A stretch of DNA of 54,040 nt, filler included, from Sluysia triapertura (GCA_046118255.1; 4 parts of 4 records of this genome joined end to end with filler, not necessarily neighbours in it), one strand, 5' to 3'. Positions 26,088-39,095 are shown, numbered from the whole stretch's first letter. The notes: a model not told the origin generated them from the sequence alone. Program-made: numbers and translations.

Positions 26088-26270
26088 TGTGGTGAGATCA
26101 AGACAAAAACACAATCACAAACAAACTTCAACGTCATCTAACATATTTATCAAATCACCAAATAACATACAAAATATAATCAGAAACAATCGTTAACCAA
26201 CAGCACAAAGCAAATTCAATATCTATTCACAACAAACATAACTATTATAATATTACACAATTTAACATTA
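26088..26270 (+). mobile_element. LTR-like C/A-rich block
   Basis: Starts TGTGGTG; same G-poor composition as the PBS-bearing blocks. Right end approximate. Confidence 0.4.
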
Positions 26271-26399
26271 TTAAAATTATTGTTTTTTGTCATTTTTCTA
26301 TTCTTTTGTGCCTTTATTCTTATTATTCCTCTTATTCGATTAACAAATTAAATTCTCATTCAGAATTTTGTTTTTGACGAATAAACTTAGTTTTAAAGT

Positions 26400-26956
26400 C
26401 ACTGCATTTTCTACTCTTAACACTAGCACAACGGCTAGTTTGTGGAATAAAAGTTGGATTCGTTTTACAATGCGAAGTCATTTTGACGTAATACGAACTG
26501 TGTTCTTCGGTCCCATTTCAACCTATCAAATGATTGTATTAGTAGTGTTCAATAAGAAAACATATTACGCAAAGAAATTAATATTCCAGAAAAGGATATG
26601 CAAAGAAATATATGATCAATGTCTCTTAGCAAATCATTCCTTAAAGTTCCGATTAAAGAACCCAAATCAAAAATCAAAAACAATTGAATTGTCTTTATCA
26701 ATGAAGCATTTACCTCAAAAATTCAAAATGTAACTATAAAGAAACTGAGCCAAAACACGCATTGAAGAATATCTTAAAGCAATTGAAATCTCTCAAAGCC
26801 TTATCGCATAATATTTTGATCGCTGAAGTTACTGGACAACTAAAATCAAGGTTTTTACCGAATCTTCAAATGATAAAGCAAAGAAATGAATCAGTTCTTG
26901 AAAGAGATTATTTTATTCGTGCAGATTATGCCAAAAAGTTCGATTATTTGTCATAA
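26400..26956 (+). pseudogene. CUL3: cullin-3-like C-terminal fragment (cullin homology region end + neddylation domain), intronless, decayed
   Basis: VFFGP-ISTYQMIVLVVFNKK..EINIPEKDMQR..KEPKSKIKNN..FINEAFTSK and LKSLKALSHNILIAEVTGQLKSRFLPNLQMIKQRNESVLERDY..FDYLS* parallel Cul3 motifs STFQMTILMLFN, IPERELVR, KEPKSKEIEN, VNDQFTSK and EVTQQLKARFLP..IKKRIEGLIEREY. Frameshifts, stops and deletions present. Confidence 0.85.
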
Positions 26957-27439
26957 ATCCTATATTATTTTATTATTATCTACTTACCATAATAAGCAGA
27001 AAATTATACCACTAGAATAAATAATAATAAGTAAATAATGTCACATTATTAATTCATTGTACTCAACACAATTCATGAATTATAAAACTTCAAGCCACAA
27101 AGTCTTGTAATAAAATCAAATTAACTAGATCGCCATTATCAGTTATCATTGTTTTTTTATTTTTTTACTTATAAAAATTTACAGAATAAGAAATTAAATT
27201 TAACAATTAAAACTGTAAGTCTTTAATTGTTTTCTATAATAAAATTAAATTACGTGTATTTTGACCCTCAATATATCGGGTAAACTTAATGTGTTCTCAA
27301 AATACATTTAAGTGTAATTTAAAATACTAATTTTCTTAAATTAAAATTGCCTTACAAAAATATAGCTTAGGTTACGCATTGATTGAAATATAAAGGAGAT
27401 TGATAAAACTCGGGAAGATAATGATATAGATAATTCTAG

Positions 27440-28800
27440 ATATTACAATGATAGTAATTCGATTATTGATGAACAACTTGAGCTCTTAAATTCAAATACT
27501 GCGAATGTTCATTCAAACTGCTGCCAATTGCCGATGAATATAATGAAATAAGTTTAATAAATAATATTAGTAATGAAACTAAAAATTGGCAATAAAACAA
27601 AAAATAATAAAAATCCAATCGATAAAATGTTAAAACAATTTTAATGTGGCTATTTAATTATTGCAGTGGACGAGTCAAGAATAAAAATAAATATCCGGTT
27701 TAAATCCTAGCATTACTTCAACTTGGTAGAAAAGTCAAGAACTTTTAGTGTTGAACACGATATTAATGAACCACAATTTAATTCAAACATTAGAGATACA
27801 TCATGAAGCATTTGTTCCTGTCCAAGTTACAACCGATTGCATAAATGAAGCTTTAAAAGAAACTCATAAAATTTTCCCGATGTTGATGAAAATGATTGTT
27901 TGTTAATCAAGAACTGTTTTCAACAAATTTCAATTTTGCGTACAATCTTATTAAATAAAGGTAATGAAAACATTCGTGGATTCATGTAATGTTCAAAATT
28001 TTCTTAATAATCGAAGTGACGAGCATCTAGAAAAGAACAAATGCAAATACTGAAACTATGAGAATTATTGTGAACTTAATTTAAAGTCGAATGAAAATTT
28101 TGATATTGTTAATTTAAAGAAATTGAGCAACAAAAGTACTCATTTGAAAGAAAGTTTATCGACTCAGGAACATAATTTAAAACTGTTTCAAAATAAAAAC
28201 CGAATTAGTTGGAATTTGATTTAGTATGAAAGATGTTAAAAATCAAGAGGAATCTATTTTCCATGAAATTATTTATTGGCTTGCTAGATATGTTACAAGT
28301 AGAATGTCAAACAAACACAACTAATGATGTGTTTTCAGTCGTGCAGCAAATTGAAAGAGCATTCTTTATAACCGACTCAGCGGTTCACATAGTATGGTTG
28401 AAGGGCGGATGAACATCGAACTTGAAATCAAATATAATGCCAATATGAAATCTGTGCATAATCACCTTAGAGATTCGATGATATTATATTTTTTTGATAA
28501 AAAGTATGAGATAAAGCTTTTTGATGATGCTGTTTCTTTCCAGTTTATCCTAAGCGAATCAGTAAAAGGTATAAAATGGAAATAACAAGAATGTTTGATT
28601 ATTTACCATATAAACGAACAAGCACATTTCCTTATGCAGGAAAGTAGAATGTGTAGATCCTATTCGATCACCAGCTTTGCCAAGTATAATTATGCACTTT
28701 AGATTGCACTTCCATGATAAAGATGGATTAAACTTGATAATAATGAATTAAAGAAATCTACACTAGAGTTGTCAAATCTTTGTGGTGAAAACTTATTTTT
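27440..28800 (+). pseudogene. decayed intronless ORF, possibly ubiquitin-specific protease (C19)-like
   Basis: Fragments ENDCLLIKNCFQQISILRTIL, HE/LFIGLLDMLQVEC and YSITSFAKY..RWIKLDNNEL fall in the order of USP Cys box, QQDAxEF..LLD and His box; highly degraded. Confidence 0.3.
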
Positions 28801-29034
28801 AATAGTGGGTTTCTTATGCAATACTCAAACTTTTGTTTTTATTCGTAACAAAATGTTTATCCTAAAGTTTTATGTTGTATATAATAAATTAGTCAAATTT
28901 TATTATGTTATTATAGATTTTTTCTTATTTAACGTAATGTCCTTGAGGCCAACATGTATGTTAAAATCTTTTTTGTTTTAATATTTGAATTTTATAAAAA
29001 AAGTTACTTATTTGGCAAATTAATCAAGTATTTG

Positions 29035-29169
29035 TATTGGGTTGAGGAATAATTCATGAGCGTTTTTTTTCAAATTTATTTTAAACAAAAAAACAACGAT
29101 TTAATCAATAATATACTCTCCGTTGTTGTTTACAACTTCCTCCCATCGTTCAATAAGTTTTTCGATGCC
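29035..29169 (-). mobile_element. mariner 3' end, cut by an assembly gap
   Basis: GIEKLIERWEEVVNNNGEYIID* followed by TIR (plus strand TATTGGGTTGAGGAATAATTCATGAGCGTTT). Confidence 0.85.
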
Positions 29170-29269
29170 NNNNNNNNNNNNNNNNNNNNNNNNNNNNNNN
29201 NNNNNNNNNNNNNTTAATTAATTAANNNNNNNNNNNNNNNNNNNNNNNNNNNNNNNNNNNNNNNNNNNN
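29170..29269. other. assembly gap linker
   Basis: N44-TTAATTAATTAA-N44. Confidence 0.97.
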
Positions 29270-29296
29270 ATAATAATAATAATAATAATAATAATA

Positions 29297-29338
<42 letters not shown>

Positions 29339-29949
29339 ATTTTATTTACAATAAATAATTTTAATAATAAATTTGTAATATTACCAAAAATAAATGCACT
29401 TACGGATGATATATAATCGAGTCACTTGTAAATTTTTCTCAAGAAAATAGAAACGATAAATAACTGAAAGCGCTGATAAAATTTTTCATGGTGGTTAAAG
29501 TCTTGCTGTTGTTTCCGTGTGATTGTTATAATTTAGAATTTCGTGGTATCATTTGGAGATTAAAGCCTTGTGTTTTGGATTATCAAGTGGCTCCAGTAAC
29601 TCTAAATCATTGATCGATTCCTACTAATTTGATTTCTACCTGCAAATTTAAGTCATCCCTAAGTTTTTTATAAGGTTTTTTAAATTTTAAATTCATAAAT
29701 TTTAAACATTTAGTTTAGGCTAAACATTATTTGATTTTTTAAATTTGAAACAAGTTTTCTGCAAGCAATTTTAGTTATAATTAATTATTTATTATATTAT
29801 ATTGAATGCGATATTGTTGTACATTTATATGCTGTAGGTTGAACATTTATATTTAATAATTTTTACATTTGTAGTTAATAAAGTTTAAAGTTTTCGAGTT
29901 TTGTCTTTTAATTAGTAAAAAGTTGAATTAAGTTAATGAATCAGTTAAA

Positions 29950-30860
29950 GAAAATAATCAGACAAAAGTTTTAATAATAAAGTTTAATAATTAAAGTCAC
30001 AATTTTAGAATCAGCGAGAGACTGAAAAGTGTTAACTATTAATATATTTATTAAGCATACAATAAACTCATCCATTTAGGCAAAAGAATATTGGAAATGT
30101 CCATAAAAGCATACACCAAAACGTATTTTTTAAATTTAACGGTAATTAGATCCTTGGGGTTAAAGGATATTTGAAGAAAACTTATTTAGATAATACAAGA
30201 TTAAGTACATCAATTTGTTGACGCTCGCGAATTAACTGAAACTATATAAATTAACAAAGAAGACCCTTAGATAACTTAGAGAAACTTGAGACGTTACTGA
30301 AATTATAAGTTACAGAAAATGAATTCTATTGAAGATTAAGTAATTATTTAGTATTACATTTAATAAGGTAGCTAAGGTTTGAGTTACTTGATATAATAAA
30401 TAAAAACCCTTAGAAAGTTAATGAATGTTAAAGAATTATTGAGGAGTGATCGATAAAAAAGGGTTAAGACTTTATCATATCGTTAGATAATATAAGGTTA
30501 AAATACGAGCAGTATAACTAGAAAATTTCCAAAACTAATCCCGATTTTATAAGTGCTCTTACCTGCGAATATATCACCTTAGGTTTAAATCGTATATCAT
30601 AGGCAGACCATTATATTTTACACAAATTTGCTAAGCATAAGAAAAATACTAGCAATACTCATCATATCAATTTCGAGCTTATATGCCAAGTAAAGGGTTT
30701 AATTTTGGTGGCCAAAGCATCATTAAGTATTTCTTAATTTATAATTGAGTCAGTACTTTGGTTATGTTTTCTTAAAGTTTGTGATAATTTTACTTGGCGA
30801 TAATTGGAGATGCTCATAAAAAGGTATTTTATTTGGAAATTTATGTGAGATTTTGTTGAT
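29950..30860 (-). mobile_element. highly degraded non-LTR (LINE) reverse transcriptase region
   Basis: Vestiges in correct order: FINF/SKGF (DxSKAFD-like, ~30410), PQGS (~30155) and LLYA** (YADD-like, ~30055). Confidence 0.4.
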
Positions 30861-33514
30861 AGTTGAGTAATGGCCTTGTGTTATTATAAAATCTTTATTT
30901 GAGAACATGAAAAATTAGTTTATATTACGTTCCATTAGACTTGAGTGGTGAAAATTTTCCGTAATTGAAATAGAAATATAGTTGTAAACTTGACATATTA
31001 TTATTAGCTTTATATAATTTAAAAACTTTATAAAATGTAAAACTTTTATTAATAGAAACAGGGAGGATGAATCAAAAACACGTGAGTGATTTGTAAAGAA
31101 TAGAGACACGACAGGAATACAACAATTAGCATAACTTCTTACATTTTTCTTCAGGTTATGACGACTCGGAGTAGAATAATTGCTAGCAGAATAAAAACGT
31201 GAGACAATGCATGAATGAAGAATAACCGAGTATTTCGTGATTACCTTCGTTCGTTTTAATAATGACATTGTGTCCAAAACTTGATAGAATACTCATTATG
31301 ATGGAGTCTTAACCATTAGCTGTGACGATTGAGATATAGTCTTGTTTATTAATCATGGGTTTGATCTCATATAAAATTAGAAATCGAAGGAATAATGTAG
31401 TTTTGTTTATGTATATGTTCTTGTATTCAGATGAACATTTGGTTATGTATCAATTATCAATCATCGGTACATCTTTAATTATATGTTTGTATTCGTAGAT
31501 CAACGCATCGTTATCAGAATTAAATACAATTTTATTCGTAACTAAATTATCTAAATTGAACAGTGGCATCAGTAATGAATGAATCTTTATTTACAAATTT
31601 ATTAAAAATAATAAACTCGTCATTACCTTCATAGTTGTTAACAAAAACAAATGTTCATAATCATTATTTAAATAAAATATATGATTATTTACGGACATTA
31701 TCATCAAGATAGTAAGTATCTATATTCACGCTGTAAGATGTAGATCTAGCTGTTTCTGTCTTTAGGTTATAAATTATTTACATAACTTTATCTTGTTTTA
31801 CCACATAAAACCTAAACATACTTTACCTACATTTAGAATGTCTGATATTAACATTACTTTAGCTTCATTTACTACAAAATGGCTTTAAGTTCATCTACAT
31901 GAAACACAGATGCAACTTCATTTATGCTGTAGAATGCCAAAATAACTGTCTACGTTTGGACTTTCTAACATTGATATAAAATTAATTTTATTTGCAACAA
32001 ACATCGCTTTAAATTCGTTTACGATTAATACCACTGTAATTGCGTTTAGGTTATAAAATATCAACATAACTTTACGATTTTATTATGAAATTTAATATTC
32101 TCTTTTAAATTTTTGTTGACACCAATAAATCACAAAGGAATAATAAAACTTATTTGTATAAAGTAAAATTTTTCGAATGTTTCTCTCAGTTTTAATACTG
32201 TTGCTGCTGCAAATAATTAATTGTGTTTGCTACTAATTTGTGTGCTGAATTTGTTGTACAATTTATTGTACTGATTGAGCAAATTCCTAATTTTGTGGTG
32301 ACTACTAATTTTAATAGCATAAAATTAACATTATTATTATTATCATTAATATTCTTAAATTATTGTTATAATGTATTATTAAATAAAACATTAACTTCGG
32401 TTAAAAATTTTCATTTTCAATGGTTTCCATATCGCTTGCAGTTTTAATAATCAAGGCAACTATATATTTTTTGTCACATTGATTCTTTGAAATATTCTCC
32501 ACTTACCTTTAAATTATATTTCTTAATATTTGTTAAAACTTAAAATTTTGTTTCTTGATTATTACTAAACTCTAAAATGGAATCAACATGCACCCATGAA
32601 TCTGGATGTTCCTTCTAATTGGGTTAATATTCTTTCTACTAATTTCTGTTCTGAGCCGGAACCTTTATGCATACATTCAACCAAAGAATCAAGTAAATTA
32701 ATGCCCATTACACTTTTACTACTCTTTGCGATTTTGGGATTGAGTTTTTCTAAGTGAAATTCTGAAATTCCAATTTGTTGTAAATTATTAATGACATATG
32801 GAAATTTTGTGTCTTTTTTAAGTAATTCATTTGCAGACTATTCTTTTAACATTTTATATTTAACCGAGGTTATTAATAACTTGATTTTTACTTAAAATCA
32901 ACTTACCTTTTAATTTTTTTTGTGTTTTTCAATTGTGTGTTTTAATGATCTTTTTTCTGTATTATTTCGGATAGTTCTTTTTCCATTGTAATAACACTGC
33001 TTGAAGTTCATTTAGATTATCGTAATTTTGTTTATCTGTTGGATTTTTATGTTTATTTCTTTATTTAATTCATCAATCTTTTGTTTAGATAAACGTGTTC
33101 GATCTTGACTTACATCAAGATATGTTTTTTCGTAAATTTATTGTTTTGTTTTTTAAATTGTGGTTTAGTTAGGCATGAATGGCTAAAAACAATTTTATTT
33201 GTTTTCGTCACAAACGAGGAATGTGAATCTGAATAAATAAGACTGTGGAATATTTATAATAAATATAATCAAGTTGATTCTTCAGTAGTTCAGTGTTTTT
33301 ACTTTTCAAAGACAATTTAACAAAAGATATCGTAGCTTACATTTTATCTAAATCTACAGTTTTTATTAATTTTCTCAATGAACAAAAACATGAAAATTCT
33401 AAAAGCTCTAAACTTTTATTAATATTTGCAAGATTGTTTTTCAAAAAGTCAATATCATATGTTAACTTTAGATATATTTTTGTAGATTTTAAAATGAATA
33501 TAAGATTATTACTA

Positions 33515-34120
33515 TGAGTGAGTTTGAAATGTTTGATTTGTTTGAGAATGAGAACCTTTATAACATTTTACATTAGATAATTTCATGTGAAAAACCGAAA
33601 ATCAATTAAATTTTAAAAACTAAAATTAAATTCATTATTTTAATGCATGTTAACAATACTTGTAAGAAGTAAAAGTAGATCGAGTAAAGTAAAAGAAAAT
33701 AATGTTTGATTTTTAATCAATTTTTGTCTTCTGTATCTAATAAAACGTAACAAGCACTATCATGTAACTGTCAAAGTTATTATTTTTGGTTTAATTCTCC
33801 AAGAATGTTGTGATGATTTCTGTGAGAAAATGTTTGATTGGATTATGAGAAAGTCTGAAAGGAAATACGTATGTTTGTTTTTAATTGAAGGACTTATATC
33901 CTACTAAAATTCTTACTGCTCTGTTTCCAACGCTAATTTTGCAAAATGTCGTTTTCTATAATGGGTTCCCCTGTAGTGCACAACTTATTGAGGCGTACCT
34001 ACAGAAAAATCAATGACTGCTAAATTTTTTTATAAATCGAGAGTATCTCCTTATGTATTCATATCTACAAATTTATATTTATATCTTTCCTTATTTATGT
34101 CCTTAAATAATCCTTAAAAA
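33515..34120 (-). repeat. dispersed repeat homologous to 53250-53740; possible degraded LINE APE-endonuclease region
   Basis: Shared GAATGAGAACCTT, AAAAACTAAA.TTAAATTCATTATTTT and TAGATCGAGTA.AGTA.AAGAAAA. Minus frame gives TLLDL(F/L), like the APE motif. Confidence 0.55.
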
Positions 34121-36102
34121 TTATCTTTTTAATTAATTCTTCTTAATACAAAAGTAGTTCAAACCACTACCGATGACTATTGAATAAATACAATGAATTA
34201 CAATTATGTCAAAAATTAAAAAAATTTAACAAATAATTATATCAAAATGTTCAAGTAATCGGAAACGTTAATATTAACAATTATGAGCAATAATAATAAC
34301 AATAATAGTAATTGTAAAGTCCCTAAGGCTTATTTTATTTATGATGTTTGATTTTAAAAAAGATTTTGTAATTGGTCGGTTACCAACTGTTATCAAAATA
34401 ATTTAGATGGTATTTTATGGCTCCCATGAAAGTTGAGATAGATCTTAATTAAAATAAAATAAATTTTTAGATGATATCTGCAAACTATCCGAAATCTGTG
34501 AAGCTATTTTATCGAATTTGTTGTGTCTCTTTCTAAAATTTTTAACTGTATTTATATTCACTTCGTTACTTTAGTCATGCAACAGTCAATATTTAACTTT
34601 ACTTTAATAATAAACAAATCCATTATTTCTTGTTATTGTAAAGATGTATTATGAATTTTTATTATTGTCTATACATTTGTATTATTATATAAATTGTACT
34701 TTTTTGTATTATATAAATTGTATTTATATTGTACTTTTTTGTATTAATTTATAAAATATTATTATTTTTACAAAGAAAATTTACAAAACTAAATAAAATA
34801 AAATAATTAGGAATTTACAAAAAAAAGAAAATTAATTTTTTTAAATTAATTTTATTTCTATAAAAAATAAAATATATTAATGGATACTTATGAAGAATAA
34901 TGAAAATATAGCCAATTAAATTAATGAATATTAATGGATGTGCTACGTTTTTTATTATTTACTTAGCAAATTGTACAAAGTGTAATGGTCCGCCTACGAT
35001 ATACGTTTAAACTGAGGTGACGTACTAGTAGGAACAGCAATTAAAAAATCAAATTTAATCTTTCTGTTTACGAACGACCCTCAAATAATATTATTTCTTT
35101 CTACGTATTTAAATATACTCCTTATGTTAATCTTAATTTACTCGATGAATCCCGAACTTTTAAATCTTCACCACTAAAACTTTATTTGAAAATCTAAGGA
35201 CTTTTACTTAGTAGGTTACTCAAATTTCCTGACCTAATGGGATAGTCCAAATTCTACTAATTCACAAGTGTTATTGAAAAATTTTTTAGATTATCTTAAA
35301 CCCTAAATTGTTGATAAATAAAACTTCTTCGAAACGTTTTTTCGATTTAACAACTTTTAAGATCTGTCTTTTTTATTACTTCTTCATGAATTCACTAATG
35401 ATTTAAATATAATTTTAGGTAATTCTATATTCTATTGTTTTTAATTGTCTCTATTATTTATAAATATTCTTCTTTACAAATAATTGTTCTTTAAAGTCTA
35501 TCAAGTAAATTAATACAAATTCCAAGTTATATTGCAAAAAGGTGCTAAAATCAAATACAAACGTTGCTGTTACAAATATAAAAATCAAAAAAAGGTAATT
35601 AATTATGACTAGAATTACTTTTAGCAAATTTTTAGAGTTTAAACAATGAAATTATGTGTTCATTAAAAGATTTTAAGTAATATTTTGTCTTTTCTAATGG
35701 AAAGAATAACCTAATAATAAACTTACGTATAATTTAAATCAAATTAAATGATATTCATTGACAGTCGCCGGTGCCGACAATTTAGGTTAATTATTAATCA
35801 CGCAGGAGAAACAGCAATTTAAATGATACCGCTGCATTGAATCAGGCAGTAAACTTTAATTACTAATTGATGCCAAAATTTGAATTATAATGATTATCAC
35901 AAACTTTATTGGCGTTTTCAGCTTTATTTCTAGTGACCAAAATTTAAAAATTATTTTTTATATCATCTGTAAGTTTATTTATTTTTAGTAGTATTATTAA
36001 TTATTTATTTTAGGAAATCCAGTCAAATAATGTGAGTTGATTATCCATATCTTTTATTTATTTTCATTTAGGTTAACAAAGGTTAGTTTTATTTTTATTT
36101 AT

Positions 36103-36330
36103 TGTAGGGAAATCACAGCAAAGTTTCAACACTTCATCACATAAAAACATTTCTTACATACACAAAACATTAAATAAACTACTTGACTCAATAAAAAACC
36201 AAACATAGTCATTGTACAAAAATTTTCATGAATTATAGTCATTATTATTATAAATCCAATTGTAATAATAATCCTCATAATAATTTCATTTTTATAATCA
36301 TTATAGTAACATCACGATATCATTAACATC
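36103..36330 (+). mobile_element. LTR-like C/A-rich block
   Basis: Starts TGTAGGG; G-poor. TCATTGTAC..TTCATGAATTATA motif is also seen at 27054-27084. Right end approximate. Confidence 0.4.
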
Positions 36331-36440
36331 ATCATATTAAAATATATAATAATTATACTATTGTTATTATGATTTCTTTTTCTTTTACGCTTCACCTTTC
36401 TTCTTATTCTTTTGTCTGAAATTGATCGAGTAAGTTATTT

Positions 36441-37215
36441 ACAAAACCACTGAAAGCACTGAGATCAAATTTACTTCGATCTTACTTAAACGATCCTATA
36501 TCAGATAACAAATTCTTTGATGGATGCAATGATAATGAACAATGGCACGAAATGTTATTCGGTTTGTTTTTTAAGCTTTAGTGCAAGAATGACGAAAATT
36601 CGACCCACATGGTTGGCATATTCTATAAGAATTTAATGATTCTGATTTACTTATCAGTATGCGACGAATGAAGATGTTTTTAACTTAACACACTGAAATT
36701 CAACTTGCCAATCTTACGTATTTAACTGGTGAATGTAACTACGGTAGTCATATGACAGATGATAAAGACAGACGAATTCTTGTATCACTATTGCTGCCAT
36801 AACTCCAAATTATGCATTTTCTCACGTGGCACATATTACTGTCCAAATGGTGGCACACATCAAGATTTTATCGATTACACGCGTTCATTATCATTGAATT
36901 CAAATCCAGAAGTTTATGGTTTACACGAAAATGCTGATTTTGCAAAAGATACTAATCAGTTATTCAATGGAATTTTGTTAACCCTACCTCAACAAACTAG
37001 TAATTAAGGTAAGTCACCTGAAGCAGCAACAGAAAAATTGGCTGAAAACATCCTTAAAAAATTACCAAACGATTTTGACTTGGAAACAGTTATGCAAACA
37101 TATCCAGTTGTATATAATGAATCAATGGACACAGTACTTCGACAAGAATTTATCCGCTTTAACAGCCTCACTGCTTTTAAGCGAAATATGCTTCAAAATC
37201 TAAAAAAAGGTATTG
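36441..37215 (+). pseudogene. axonemal inner-arm dynein heavy chain fragment (DNAH3/7/12-like; AAA6 lid into C-terminal domain), intronless, decayed
   Basis: LRSNLLRSYLNDPISD, MLFGL.F..LVQE*RKFDPHGW, EFNDSDL, LTYLTGECNYG..TDDKDRR, PEVYGLHENAD, YPVVYNESMDTVLRQEFIRFN; several stops and frameshifts. Confidence 0.92.
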
Positions 37216-38988
37216 AAAACAGTTCAATTTAAATTTCGACAGTTAATCAAAACTTCAGAAATGATTAATAAATGTTCTGAAAAAAACTGATAGAAAATCA
37301 AGAAACAGTTTACTTCAGAATTAAAAGAACAAGAGATGTATTTACAAAATCAGATTTTGAGTCAAAAAAATTAGAGTTATCTGTAGTTGAATATCATTCT
37401 GCAAATATCAAATTCATACGTAATTTGTATAATTCTAACAAACTTCATCAACAACTACAGATAGTACCGCTTCAACGTCTGAAAATATAAAACAAATGAA
37501 TAATAAAAATTATAAAAATAAAATTAAATGTTAATCGATTTTTTTGGATGAAAACTCAAATTATTAATGTGGTATTGTATTTAATCTTATGTTAATATAA
37601 TGGAACTGCTGATGACTATTAAGATCCTGAAATGATAAAAAATTAAAAATATTTTATTAAATAAAAAATTAATATAAATGATTTTTTAAAAAAATGATTT
37701 ATGTTGCAATTTAATTATGATTTTTAAGTTACATTTACGACCGTTGCTCTTTTTTTATTGTTTGCATATTTATTGCTGCTTTATCATGGTTTAGTATTAT
37801 GATTGTTTAATATTATGGTTTAGTAAAAATGAACGTTATAATGAGCATATAAATGCGTTACAAAGATGTTCAGTTATGATTTTAAATGTATGAAATATTT
37901 TACCATGAAGTTATTCGATATATAAAGTAAATACAAATCCATTTGATTGCCATTTTTCATTATTTCCACGTGAAGTTAAAGTTGACGATAATGATGATAG
38001 CATATGGAATCAAATGCATCATATACAAAAGTCAAATAAAACAATTTACGAAATTGGTTTAAACATAGATGTAGAAAATGAAAAAATGCCTGTTTAACAT
38101 GTCGTTCGACATATAATATTACTTTGGCTAATTTAGTATCGAGCAATTTTAATTATGCACCTAATCTCGTGAAACCAACATCGAACAAGCAGATTTATGT
38201 ACTTTCATCACGTTTAAAAGAAACTCTAACGAGTATGATATATACATACGTATAATTCTTTTGCTTTCTTAATACACTTTATTTAAATATTTTTGGCTTT
38301 GTTTTAATATGTTGTTATTTATTTAAAGGCATTAAGCCTATTTCATTAACTAGTTCATTCGTTAGGAGAAAATTTAATAATTTGTTAATTAGTTTTACAA
38401 AGCTTAATGTTTTTGATAATTTTCAAACTAATATAAATAAAAAGCCCTCCACATTTATTATTATCAATATTTCTTATTGTTATTATTATTATCAATATTA
38501 TTATTATTTTAATTTTTTAATTTCAGCCGCTGGTTATCTGTGTTGTTGACAGATGCTATAAAAATAAATCATAAATAAAATAATAGATATTAATGGACAT
38601 TAATTGATTTTAGATTTTAAAATAATAGATAATGGATATAAATAGCAATTATTTCACAATTTAATTTTGGATTTTCAAGTTGAGTTTACAATTATTTTGT
38701 TCAATATTTCAAGTTGAGTTTGAGGCAATTGAATAATGTGGTCTAGTGTAATAAATCGACATTGTTTTTAGTTCGATCGACATAATTTTCTGATTCGTCA
38801 ATATCATCATTCAAAAATTAAATAGAATCATTTATCTATATATAGATTAAATTCAAGTAGTAAGTTCCTAATTAAATAGATTGGTCTCTTAACTTTTATA
38901 GGAGTCAAATTATTAAATTATTATCTTTAACTTAAATTATTATCTTTAAAAGTTAGTCTTCGGATCAAATACAAAATCTTCATAAAAT

Positions 38989-39095
38989 ATTGTGGGATTT
39001 TTTAAAATAAGAGATACTTATAGAATAAAGTAAGATTTCTAACGTGAGTCCACCAACGTACTAGGCTTACCAGTTAGGGCTAGCCGTTGGATTTA
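38989..39095. repeat. repeat containing a 38-bp hairpin (copy 1; copy 2 at 53917-54014)
   Basis: TATTGTGGGA..TAAGAGA..TAGAATAAA..GAGT.CA then CCAACGTACTAGGCTTACCAGTTAGGGCTAGCCGTTGG. Confidence 0.85.
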
